IMG/VR virus record: IMGVR_UViG_3300037264_003921 | Location: 32,001 to 96,000 of that record | Reading direction: 5' to 3' (one strand) | Source of the DNA: a virus | Length of the DNA stretch: 64,000 nt | In this document: in pieces, positions 48,861 to 57,314 of the stretch | Position numbering within the stretch: the first letter of the stretch is position 1 | Layout of the letters: the number at the start of each line of letters is the position of its first letter | Notes under the pieces: generated by a model | Told to the model about the DNA's origin: nothing | Databases searched by the model: none | What the model saw: the letters and a program-made list of their open reading frames with translations, nothing else | Translations under genes and position numbers: made by a program

Positions 48861-49604
48861 TCATAGACATTTAATGTATTTGGCCTGCCAGCCATTTTTA
48901 GACGTCGCCAAAGCAACATATTTGTCAACTAATGATTCTGGAACGTTATCCTTAATCCATTTTCTCTCGATCCATTTGAATCCAGCTTTTTTCAAAAACT
49001 CTTTTTGCAAATTAAAATCGGCATCGTCAAAATTAGGCTTGCCACTAAACCAGGCTTCAACCTTACAACGTGGCTCATTCATAATCTTCATAGCATGTTC
49101 TAAATTGTGCTTCGCCGCTAACTCACAACATGTTAATGCATCCCATAATGCTCTATGTCTCCTACCTGAATCTACGCCATAATCAACAGCAAGGTGTTGT
49201 AGTCTTGTTGAATTAACATTACCAACAATCTTTTCATGTGGTAAATCATTTTTAGTGCATATCCATGGCAACGATAAAAACTCTGGCCACCTCTTTGTTA
49301 TTAATCCTTTATCATAATCTTTATTATGTGCAACAATAACCACTGGTTTATAATGCTCTACTAATTTCCATGGATTAAATTCACAACTATAACCATTATT
49401 AGATACGTCACGTTTAATTTTGTGTATAACTTCCGCTTCATTTGACCATTTTGTTGTTTTAAGAATATCAGAATGCATTGCTACAACCTGACTGTGGGTC
49501 GTATCATATACGACCATGCCGATCTCTACTATTTCATCAACATCAATGTTGAGACCAGTGCTCTCTACGTCAACAGATAAAATAATCATTAACCACAAAG
49601 CCAA
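48861..49604 (-). CDS. DEDDh 3'-5' exonuclease (DnaQ-like)
   Basis: DVESTGL, EIVEIG, VAHNKDYD, WICT, HRALWDA. Confidence 0.88.
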   Translation of the reverse strand: MALWLMIILSVDVESTGLNIDVDEIVEIGMVVYDTTHSQVVAMHSDILKTTKWSNEAEVIHKIKRDVSNNGYSCEFNPWKLVEHYKPVVIVAHNKDYDKGLITKRWPEFLSLPWICTKNDLPHEKIVGNVNSTRLQHLAVDYGVDSGRRHRALWDALTCCELAAKHNLEHAMKIMNEPRCKVEAWFSGKPNFDDADFNLQKEFLKKAGFKWIERKWIKDNVPESLVDKYVALATSKNGWQAKYIKCL

Positions 49605-49614
49605 TTATATCGTT

Positions 49615-50046
49615 TTAATTCCATGGAATTTTCTCCACCCAATGTTGTGGGACCCATAATAATGACCCATCATTAAACTCGACACGATAATGCTTGTGGT
49701 CTCGTTTAGTTACTCTAGCTGGTTCCATATATTTTACATGTTCTTTATTAATTACTATAATCCATGTACCCTCATTGAGTTCTGGGATTTGTGTTTTAAA
49801 AACTGGTATTCTATTGACTATCGCCAATTCACTATTTGACAGTCTGGCCCAAAACAAATTTGTGCATTTTATGCATATGATCGGTACATAGCCAACCTTC
49901 TCCCATGAAGAAGATACAGCTTTATTTTGCACATTACAAAATGGACAATTGAAATCGTCTGTTATAGACTCATTTGACATCTGGACCCAACGTGTCGACG
50001 GCTTTTTCTTTGGCTGGCTCTTGCGTTTTTTGCGTTTCTTGCTCAT
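49615..50046 (-). CDS. Zn-ribbon protein with SH3-like C-terminus
   Basis: CPFC..CIKC; basic N-terminus; YRVEFNDG..LWVP. Confidence 0.55.
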   Translation of the reverse strand: MSKKRKKRKSQPKKKPSTRWVQMSNESITDDFNCPFCNVQNKAVSSSWEKVGYVPIICIKCTNLFWARLSNSELAIVNRIPVFKTQIPELNEGTWIIVINKEHVKYMEPARVTKRDHKHYRVEFNDGSLLWVPQHWVEKIPWN

Positions 50047-50689
50047 TATAAAACCTAATTATATTACTAGCTTGGTTTAGATTAACATCAAATCGCATAT
50101 TTCTATCAGATTTAAATGCTTCAATTGTCTCATATGTCACATTACATGATATCTTTATCGGAGTAACGATCTTATTACGAACAACAGCAATCGCTTTCTT
50201 ATGATCCTCCAATCCAACGCCATTCTTCAATGTATATGGATCTAATCTAACCCAATTACATGGATATTTCACAATGGCATCAATATGCTGTTCAGATATA
50301 CCACGGCCATAAGACCCAACTATCCATCTAATTTCAGCAACTGGGTTCACAGATTTTAAAAATTCAGAAATTAATCTAACTTCATTGTCAATCTCTTTCC
50401 CAGTATGGCCATTTGAATACATTATATCGAATCCATCCGCAGCCAACGCATCCTCAGAAAGATCACGCAATTTTTGCATTGCAAAATTCTTGCCATCAGG
50501 ATAGTCAATAACAGCAATAATTTTATACTTACCACGTTTTGAAACCCTATCAGCGATAAATGGGGCAACTAAGCTAGGCACAGTAACTATTGCAGGGCAA
50601 CTGTGTTTAAATACAAATGCGCCAACACGTACTGGATTTACCATTTTATCTAAAGCATTTAATTCTAATCGTGTAGTAATTTGCAACAT
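49970..50689 (-). CDS. DeoC (deoxyribose-phosphate aldolase)-like TIM barrel, divergent
   Basis: AIVTVP, AVIDYPDG (cf. TVIGFPLG), ADGFDIM (cf. ADEIDMV), IKIS (cf. VKAS). Confidence 0.55.
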   Translation of the reverse strand: MLQITTRLELNALDKMVNPVRVGAFVFKHSCPAIVTVPSLVAPFIADRVSKRGKYKIIAVIDYPDGKNFAMQKLRDLSEDALAADGFDIMYSNGHTGKEIDNEVRLISEFLKSVNPVAEIRWIVGSYGRGISEQHIDAIVKYPCNWVRLDPYTLKNGVGLEDHKKAIAVVRNKIVTPIKISCNVTYETIEAFKSDRNMRFDVNLNQASNIIRFYNEQETQKTQEPAKEKAVDTLGPDVK

Positions 50690-51264
50690 TTCTTTTCCTT
50701 TTCATTTGTAAAACCATCATAACATACTGAAAACCATTTCAATGGGTCCATCTTAATACTGCCATTATCCAATTTATCAACATGCCCAATTAATTGATCC
50801 CATGTTCTGAAAAACACATGATCCATATCTTGTGGCGTTGAAAACCTCTGTAATACCCATGTTGATGCAATCCCATCTGGCATACAAAATAAGACTGGTT
50901 TATCTATATCAGCTGCTAGATATATCTCTTCGAACGTGCCTGCGGTATACTTAATTGGCATCCAACATATAATCCAATCAGCAGACGACACCATTTTCAA
51001 ACAAACTTGACGTAATTCTTTATTTGCATCGAATACATCATTTATTGTTATCCCAACAGGCTCACCATTTAGACTTTTACGATATAATTTTGGGTCTACT
51101 TTTGAAATATCAGACAACCAACTAGGTTTAACTAATGGATCATATACTTTGACATTATATTTTAATAAACTACTAGTTATTTGGGTACGCCAATCTTTTG
51201 CATGGTCATCATGTTCAACTGGACCTGCTAAATATACTCGCGTGCCACCCAATAAATTCCCCAT
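50665..51264 (-). CDS. Nucleoside 2-deoxyribosyltransferase / dNMP N-glycosidase family protein
   Basis: VYLAGP, WR, VYDP, MVSSADWII, GTFEEIYLA, KPV. Confidence 0.78.
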   Translation of the reverse strand: MGNLLGGTRVYLAGPVEHDDHAKDWRTQITSSLLKYNVKVYDPLVKPSWLSDISKVDPKLYRKSLNGEPVGITINDVFDANKELRQVCLKMVSSADWIICWMPIKYTAGTFEEIYLAADIDKPVLFCMPDGIASTWVLQRFSTPQDMDHVFFRTWDQLIGHVDKLDNGSIKMDPLKWFSVCYDGFTNEKEKKCCKLLHD

Positions 51265-51293
51265 ACAGCTATTTACGCAGTATAGATACTTAG

Positions 51294-51464
51294 TTATGGC
51301 ATTTCGTTCTTAGTACTTTCTCCAGGTTTATTCTTCTTTTTAAATCCCTGACCAAGCATAAACTTTGGGTACTTTACTTTCTGTTCGTGATGTTGAGTGC
51401 CGCCGCCATGTGCCCCTTTGCTACTGTGCTTTGATTTACCAAAATTCACCTTTTTTTCTGCCAT
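51294..51464 (-). CDS. 56-aa basic Lys/Gly/His-rich protein (below ORF-track cutoff)
   Basis: GAGGT-aatt-ATG; MAEKKVNFGKSKHSSKGAHGGG...; fills the intergenic gap. Confidence 0.6.
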   Translation of the reverse strand: MAEKKVNFGKSKHSSKGAHGGGTQHHEQKVKYPKFMLGQGFKKKNKPGESTKNEMP

Positions 51465-51472
51465 AATTACCT

Positions 51473-52444
51473 CTATTCTATAGTTTTTAATTCATTCAAT
51501 ATTATATCTACAGCTGTCTTCTGATCAAGTTTGCCAAAATACTCAGCAAACTTATATTTATTATATGATGAACAAAAAAATATCTTCTGTCGTTCTTCAG
51601 GTGTCAGTACATTTACAGCTGACATATAACTTTCTGCCTCACTATCAAATCGTTTTAGACGTACATCATTAGCTACATCTGGGTTTTGTCCATAAAAATG
51701 TAACTTACCACTCACAGAACACATATCGACACCAAAGATGTAAATTTTATCATATTGCATCCAAACAGCTGTTTGAATATTTGCATATGTTGATGATCTA
51801 CCAACATGATACCCTCTTACTAGATCTCTAGAAAACCCCTTTCCAGATAAACTCTTTATCAAAACTTGGTTCTTATGTGGTGCTCGCACAGATGACGCAT
51901 TTAATGTAGTACCATTATATTTTTCCCATATTTGTTTATTCCTTGTATATTGACTCTGATCGCAAAATGCCCAATAGCGTGATGGCCATATTCTGCTATC
52001 TGGTCTATTAATACACATTATGTCTATTTTCTTGTTATCTTTCAACTTTTCCAATGGCGCTTCAAGAACAGATGGTCCACATGCTACAATCACTAATATT
52101 CTACCACGCCCAATGCCACGCAATCCTTCAATCGCTGCTCTAAATTGCGCTACTCTATTTGAATTGAGCCTATTTACACTACTGCTTATTAGACGTGGTT
52201 TATGTTCTCTTATTGGGAAGTTTACTCTAACATCTCTCTTTTGCTTAGGCTGCTGTTTGATTATTGGTTTCGCAGCTTTAACCAACACTACCTGTGGCAC
52301 TCTTGGTTGTATAATTTTTTGTTCAATATTTTGAGTCCTATTCGGTTTATTAACTTTAATGTGGACTCTCTGAATTGGTAGTTTATTCAATGATCTATAA
52401 TTATGTGCCACAAAATATCTTTGGCATAAATTACAACCAACCAA
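51473..52444 (-). CDS. DUF115/Maf-like (GT42-related) glycosyltransferase-fold protein
   Basis: IVACGPSV, IMCIN, YWAFCD, SSTY..IQTAVWMQYDKIYIFGVDM, HFYG. Confidence 0.7.
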   Translation of the reverse strand: MVGCNLCQRYFVAHNYRSLNKLPIQRVHIKVNKPNRTQNIEQKIIQPRVPQVVLVKAAKPIIKQQPKQKRDVRVNFPIREHKPRLISSSVNRLNSNRVAQFRAAIEGLRGIGRGRILVIVACGPSVLEAPLEKLKDNKKIDIMCINRPDSRIWPSRYWAFCDQSQYTRNKQIWEKYNGTTLNASSVRAPHKNQVLIKSLSGKGFSRDLVRGYHVGRSSTYANIQTAVWMQYDKIYIFGVDMCSVSGKLHFYGQNPDVANDVRLKRFDSEAESYMSAVNVLTPEERQKIFFCSSYNKYKFAEYFGKLDQKTAVDIILNELKTIE

Positions 52445-52479
52445 TCACCGTAAGTTGTATAAAATAATAGTATTAATAA

Positions 52480-52869
52480 TTAATTTTCATTAACCTCTAC
52501 AGTATGGTCGCCAACAAGCCTCTTCTTAAGATTAGCTAAAACAACTTTTCTACGTGATTCTTTATTCATTTTAGAATATAAATGTCTAAATACCGTAGTA
52601 GTCAAAAGATTAAAAACTGGGGCACGACCAGGAGTAAATTTCAACCTCCCATCACTTATTTTGGCAATTGTAAGAACAAATGCCTCATGGGCAAACTCGT
52701 GGTGTTCATCCTCATCGTGTGGATGAAAATGTATAGCAACACCATAGCATATTTTATATATGCCATCAAGCAAATGTTTCCAAGATTCTTCATTATGGTT
52801 ATCAAGCCATTTTGTCCAATGCTCTTCAAGCAATTTAGAGTCTACATAGTACTTTTTAATACTTGCCAT
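52480..52869 (-). CDS. Short gp55-like sigma (region 2 only)
   Basis: KYYVDS start; KFTPGRAPVFNLLTTTVFRHLYSKMNKE parallels the 9375-10136 protein. Confidence 0.55.
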   Translation of the reverse strand: MASIKKYYVDSKLLEEHWTKWLDNHNEESWKHLLDGIYKICYGVAIHFHPHDEDEHHEFAHEAFVLTIAKISDGRLKFTPGRAPVFNLLTTTVFRHLYSKMNKESRRKVVLANLKKRLVGDHTVEVNEN

Positions 52870-52926
52870 ATCGTTGCTCCTGTGATATTGTAGGCATCTA
52901 ACTCAAATACATTTATTGGAGGAAAC

Positions 52927-54054
52927 ATGGGCGGACAACTTGCACGGTTATTCTTACGTGGATCATTGATGAGTGATACAGCAAAATTGCTAACAAAGAG
53001 TGAAATCTCAATGGTTGAATCCTTAATGAAGGAAGCATGGGACGATCCAGCCCTCCAAAGCCAAAAAATGGAGTTCTGCCTCGCATTAGGTAGAACCATA
53101 GGTAATGAATATAAAGACATAGAAGCTGGCAAAGCCGATGCATTAATCACATTTTGGAAAGCAGCATTACTCGTGCTGTTTCATGAATCGAAACAATGCA
53201 AGAATCAATCATGCAAAAAACATCACATCACCACACACATAAAAATAGATAAATGCATTGACTGTGGTAGCGATCTTATAATTAAATGGTCTCCAAAACC
53301 TCAAATTGCAGAAGATCCAATAAAGCGGAAAAAGTTTTTCCAAGCCGTTATGTTTAACTATCTTCGTCAAATTTTTAGGGAGAATAAACCACCTTCTATG
53401 AAAAACATACAAACAGAAGACGGAGCAGCAACTGATGTTGCAACAAAAGTTATTACATCAATTATTGACAAACTTAAAAATGTCCAATACACAACAGAAA
53501 ACACTGACGATGACCACCACATAATTCATTGTGAAACATCACTAATACCACTTAAAACAATAAAACAAATCGCTGATATAAAATCCGAATTTGAGCAACA
53601 TGGAGTACAAATAACTGTTGACTGGGCTACAATCGATATTGTGTCGGCTCTTGAGGTTCCACCTATAATAAGTTATGCGATTATTAATAAAGTATATACT
53701 AAATTTACAAGCCTAGATAATAGTGCATCAAACGACTCAGACTATAATTTCAAAGACATATACGAGCATAAAGCAATTTCAATAGCCGATGAAAAAACAC
53801 AACAGGACGAGTCAGACCTCAATGAGTCATTAAGGGTAGTTCGTAGTAGATTGTCAGATGCAGCACAAAAATTATTTGATGTTATCGTAGACACACCAGA
53901 TGATTATATCAATAAGTTCAAAACAAGCAAATTACATAAATCGCATTTAGCAGCATATTTTGGAGTAGACCAGAAAGAAATAGACTCCCTAAAAGAAAGT
54001 ATCAAACTTCATTGTCTTGCTGTAGATATTGGAACAAATGACGATCATGTATGA
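52927..54054 (+). CDS. Sigma-factor-like protein with Zn-ribbon insertion
   Basis: Region-2-like FFQAVMFNYLRQIFRE, region-3-like TSLD, region-4-like RLSDAAQKLF..HLAAYFGVDQKEI; CKNQSC..CIDC insert. Confidence 0.5.
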   Translation: MGGQLARLFLRGSLMSDTAKLLTKSEISMVESLMKEAWDDPALQSQKMEFCLALGRTIGNEYKDIEAGKADALITFWKAALLVLFHESKQCKNQSCKKHHITTHIKIDKCIDCGSDLIIKWSPKPQIAEDPIKRKKFFQAVMFNYLRQIFRENKPPSMKNIQTEDGAATDVATKVITSIIDKLKNVQYTTENTDDDHHIIHCETSLIPLKTIKQIADIKSEFEQHGVQITVDWATIDIVSALEVPPIISYAIINKVYTKFTSLDNSASNDSDYNFKDIYEHKAISIADEKTQQDESDLNESLRVVRSRLSDAAQKLFDVIVDTPDDYINKFKTSKLHKSHLAAYFGVDQKEIDSLKESIKLHCLAVDIGTNDDHV

Positions 54055-54104
54055 TATAAACAATCAGAAAGACGAGCATAAGCTATGCAGGTAACAGATG
54101 TTTA

Positions 54105-54143
54105 CATTTCACGCTTGATGTGAGCTAATATTACGGTCTTGGC
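54105..54143 (+). repeat. Exact 39-bp direct copy of 9735-9773 (inside the gp55-like sigma gene)
   Basis: catttcacgcttgatgtgagctaatattacggtcttggc occurs identically at both places, 44,370 bp apart. Confidence 0.95.
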
Positions 54144-54182
54144 ATATGAAGCAGTCGGTGATACGATGAAGAAGGTGAAGCG

Positions 54183-54287
54183 ATGGGAAATATGAAGCGG
54201 TGCGAGTGTGGCCGATGGATGCGGATTGTGCATGAGCTGGGCCAATCCTATTGGAAGTGCATCTGCGGAAAAGTGGAGTCGCTTTAG
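54183..54287 (+). CDS. 34-aa Zn-ribbon microprotein
   Basis: AAGGTGAA RBS; MGNMKRCECGRWMRIVHELGQSYWKCICGKVESL. Confidence 0.55.
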   Translation: MGNMKRCECGRWMRIVHELGQSYWKCICGKVESL

Positions 54288-54367
54288 GTTTGAAAGGTGA
54301 ACAGGATGAACGACACAGCGAAGCACACGGGTATAAGGTGAGGCCTCTTTGATTCGTCGGAGGAAAG

Positions 54368-54475
54368 ATGGAAGATAACCTGAAAAAGTGTTGCCCGGAG
54401 TGCGGGGGATTCATGATGTTCAACGTGAACTGGTATTGGATTTGCCCCATCGACGGGACGCGACTACAGGCTTGA
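54368..54475 (+). CDS. 35-aa CPxCG Zn-finger microprotein
   Basis: GGAGG RBS; MEDNLKKCCPECGGFMMFNVNWYWICPIDGTRLQA. Confidence 0.6.
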   Translation: MEDNLKKCCPECGGFMMFNVNWYWICPIDGTRLQA

Positions 54476-54619
54476 TTCGAAAGGTGAACAGGATGGACGA
54501 CGAAAAGCGCGATGCGATGCAATGGAAGGCGCAGATGCGCCCGATCACCTGTGCCGGAATCACGACGGATCTGGACGGGGCGAATGTCAGCCCTACGTGG
54601 AAAGACAACGCCTTAAGAG

Positions 54620-55147
54620 TTAATAATTAACCTTACTACGTTCATAATATCCACCAGAGATACTAGGCCCAATTCTTCCACTACGTGGAGAAATTGGCAT
54701 GGACACCTGTGACGTTGGTTGGATTACACCGCTCTTATTTGCAGCCATCACTTTCGTAACAAATTCTATGATCTCTGATGGCGATTTTTGCATTGTTGCA
54801 ACACTAGACGGTGTTGGACCATATATAGATCTTTGGAATTCAGACATATTATTATGCGACGAATCACCAAGTGACATTCTGTGTGTTCCAAGAACGAACA
54901 TATTCCATCCAACAACAACCTGACCAGTAGCAGGATTTAAATCCTTAACATATGGCACAATTTCAACTTTACTAACTAATTCTGGGACACGAACAGCAAC
55001 ATCCTGCAACATTGGTGCATATATTGGCCGATTAAAATTGTCAAATCCTTTATCTTCAACAAAATACCTAGTTAAAGACCTCTTTATTAGTTCTGTATTT
55101 AATGCACGCCTAATATTTTCTACAAGATCTCTATCATTTGACAGCAT
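54620..55147 (-). CDS. Hypothetical protein
   Basis: 175 aa, follows the gp46-like gene. Confidence 0.65.
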   Translation of the reverse strand: MLSNDRDLVENIRRALNTELIKRSLTRYFVEDKGFDNFNRPIYAPMLQDVAVRVPELVSKVEIVPYVKDLNPATGQVVVGWNMFVLGTHRMSLGDSSHNNMSEFQRSIYGPTPSSVATMQKSPSEIIEFVTKVMAANKSGVIQPTSQVSMPISPRSGRIGPSISGGYYERSKVNY

Positions 55148-55160
55148 ATAATATATTTTA

Positions 55161-57302
55161 TTAACTTACTATTCGTGAAAAGCCATCGATATCTTGCAAT
55201 ACTGTTATCTGATTTGAGAATTGATCCGCCATTTCAGCTTTATGACTTATAACCAATATAGTATCGGGCTTATCAGGACGATCACCAGAGAAATCATTAT
55301 GAATGACATCAACAAATGCCCTAACTCCATGCTGATCAAGACTACCATCTATTTCATCTAAAACCATCACATTACACTGCTGGCCATACATCGAGATATA
55401 TAAATCATATATTGCAAACATTATGGCAAGATCTATCCGTTTTTGCTGCCCACCGGAATGAAAGTCATAATCCCATTTTGATGTCTCTATAGATAATGTT
55501 GATGTAAATCTCAACTGTAAGTCGCATTCAAAAGCATTAAGATAATATTCTATTCGCTGATTGAGATATCCGACTAATTCCGATATTACAAACATTTTAA
55601 TTTTATTTCTATCATGATAACTACGTCTAATATATTCATATTGTTTTATTAAATTGTCGAATTTTGTAATATTTAATAATGTATCACTTAATTTATTTTG
55701 TGAATCATTCAAATCACATAGAAATGTTGACTTAATGTCTAAATATGGATTCTGCCTACTACTTTCTTCGGCAATACGCTCATCTAGGTCTGTAATTGAT
55801 TTGTGAATTTCAGAATATCGTAAGTGCACCCGCTCGGCATTCATTAATCCAATTTCAACATCATCTAGTTTTATCTCTTCACTTAGCTCATGTACTAAAT
55901 CTAAAATCCGTGAATTAACATCAATAAGTTTAGTCTTATAATCTAATTTTTGTGATATTTTATCATCTATGTCGGCAATTTCTAATTTAATGCTATTCTT
56001 ATCATTAAGTGTTCTAATCGCTTCATCGACAGTCATTGATGGCCTATTAATGATTATATCCTTTATCATAGCCATAATAGATGCAATTGCTTTGTTGATT
56101 TTTTCCAACTTAGAACACAATTCTGGCAGTTTGTCAACATATGGTTTACATAAGTCAGTTGTGTGTTCATTTGTAATAAGCTGTTGGCACGATGGGCATT
56201 TTGTCCCATTCTTGTTATTCCATTCAAATATCGTTTCATTTGTTGATGTAATGTCTTGTTTGATCTTACGTTGTTCTAACACAAAAATAGACAATTTGCT
56301 GTTCAGGTCATTGTAGAGATTAACTAATCTGTCAGCATTTTTATGTGATTCAACTAATTCATTAACGTCTACAACTTTGATTGTATCGAATTTAGTCTTA
56401 TAATTTACTAAAGATCTCTTTAGTCTTTCTATATCTATATTAAGTTGTGTTAATGCGGTGTCAGCCTTTAATAACTTGATCTTATTGTCTGATAATTTTG
56501 TTATTTTTTGTTTATATATTAAATAGTTAGATTTTATCAGTTCTAAATCTGGCAACACAATCGTCAATGCTTCATCATTGAGCTTCTTTATCTGTGCTTT
56601 AAAATGTATGGTCTTATTAGATCTTTCTTGTTCAAATCCTTCAATCTTTTGCTCAGCATGTGATGCTTGATCTGTGAGTCTTTTAATGTCATTTTTAAAT
56701 ATATCAGCAACAGCACACAATTTCTGCTGCTCTATTTCTATAGCTGTCCGTTTTTCTTTAGCTATATCACCCCACACGTTAAGTCTATTAAGACCAAGCA
56801 TCCTTTCAAGGGCTGATTTTCTTTTGACATCGCTCATATCTAAAAACGATTGTGTACGTTGCCCAAAGAACATACTTGATGTAAATATTTCGTAATCAAG
56901 ATTGAATAATTTATTCAATAATTGTTGTGCATTTTTATTCGTCGATAATGTTATATCCTTACCATCTTTATTAATTAATAGATCATCATGTCCGTTTAGA
57001 TTCCTGGTGCGGGTTATTGTCCATCCATCAGTTGTTGTTATTCGAACATAACATTCTTTTTTAGTCGTAAAATTTATTACTTTATCGCCTGGTGATGATT
57101 TTCTCGGCGTTCTTCCAAAGAGACACCATATTATAGCAATGGTTATCCCTGATTTACCTGTACCATTAGACTCATCAGGCCGACCATCTTTACTTCCAAT
57201 AATCAATACAGGCCCTAAAGATAATAAATCTAATGATGACTCATAGTCGCCATAACTTAAAAAGTTAGACCATTCTAGTTTATTTATGCGTAATATGGCC
57301 AT
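55161..57302 (-). CDS. Rad50/SbcC-like ATPase (T4 gp46-like)
   Basis: NFLSYG, SNGTGKS, coiled coil with CPSC hook, SGGQ, VLDEIDGSLD, VISH. Confidence 0.93.
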   Translation of the reverse strand: MAILRINKLEWSNFLSYGDYESSLDLLSLGPVLIIGSKDGRPDESNGTGKSGITIAIIWCLFGRTPRKSSPGDKVINFTTKKECYVRITTTDGWTITRTRNLNGHDDLLINKDGKDITLSTNKNAQQLLNKLFNLDYEIFTSSMFFGQRTQSFLDMSDVKRKSALERMLGLNRLNVWGDIAKEKRTAIEIEQQKLCAVADIFKNDIKRLTDQASHAEQKIEGFEQERSNKTIHFKAQIKKLNDEALTIVLPDLELIKSNYLIYKQKITKLSDNKIKLLKADTALTQLNIDIERLKRSLVNYKTKFDTIKVVDVNELVESHKNADRLVNLYNDLNSKLSIFVLEQRKIKQDITSTNETIFEWNNKNGTKCPSCQQLITNEHTTDLCKPYVDKLPELCSKLEKINKAIASIMAMIKDIIINRPSMTVDEAIRTLNDKNSIKLEIADIDDKISQKLDYKTKLIDVNSRILDLVHELSEEIKLDDVEIGLMNAERVHLRYSEIHKSITDLDERIAEESSRQNPYLDIKSTFLCDLNDSQNKLSDTLLNITKFDNLIKQYEYIRRSYHDRNKIKMFVISELVGYLNQRIEYYLNAFECDLQLRFTSTLSIETSKWDYDFHSGGQQKRIDLAIMFAIYDLYISMYGQQCNVMVLDEIDGSLDQHGVRAFVDVIHNDFSGDRPDKPDTILVISHKAEMADQFSNQITVLQDIDGFSRIVS

Positions 57303-57314
57303 ATTTTAATGCTA

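Larger units (their letters stand above)
54144..54619 (+). other. GC-rich foreign insert D with an array of micro-ORFs
   Basis: Line 54481-54540 is 34/60 G+C. Repeated AAGGTGA..ATG units; 23-nt repeat at 54292-54314 and 54479-54501 with one mismatch. Confidence 0.7.

Noticed and set aside
54102-54326. 74-aa minus ORF ending AKTVILAHIKREM as a sigma paralog
   Set aside because: Similarity is limited to the 39-bp copy; the rest is antisense to the plus-strand micro-ORFs.
54105-54501. Mini-CRISPR reading of the 39-bp copy and the 23-nt repeat
   Set aside because: The 39-mer is not flanked by repeats. The two repeats are 187 bp apart, non-palindromic and equal RBS+ATG. No cas genes seen.
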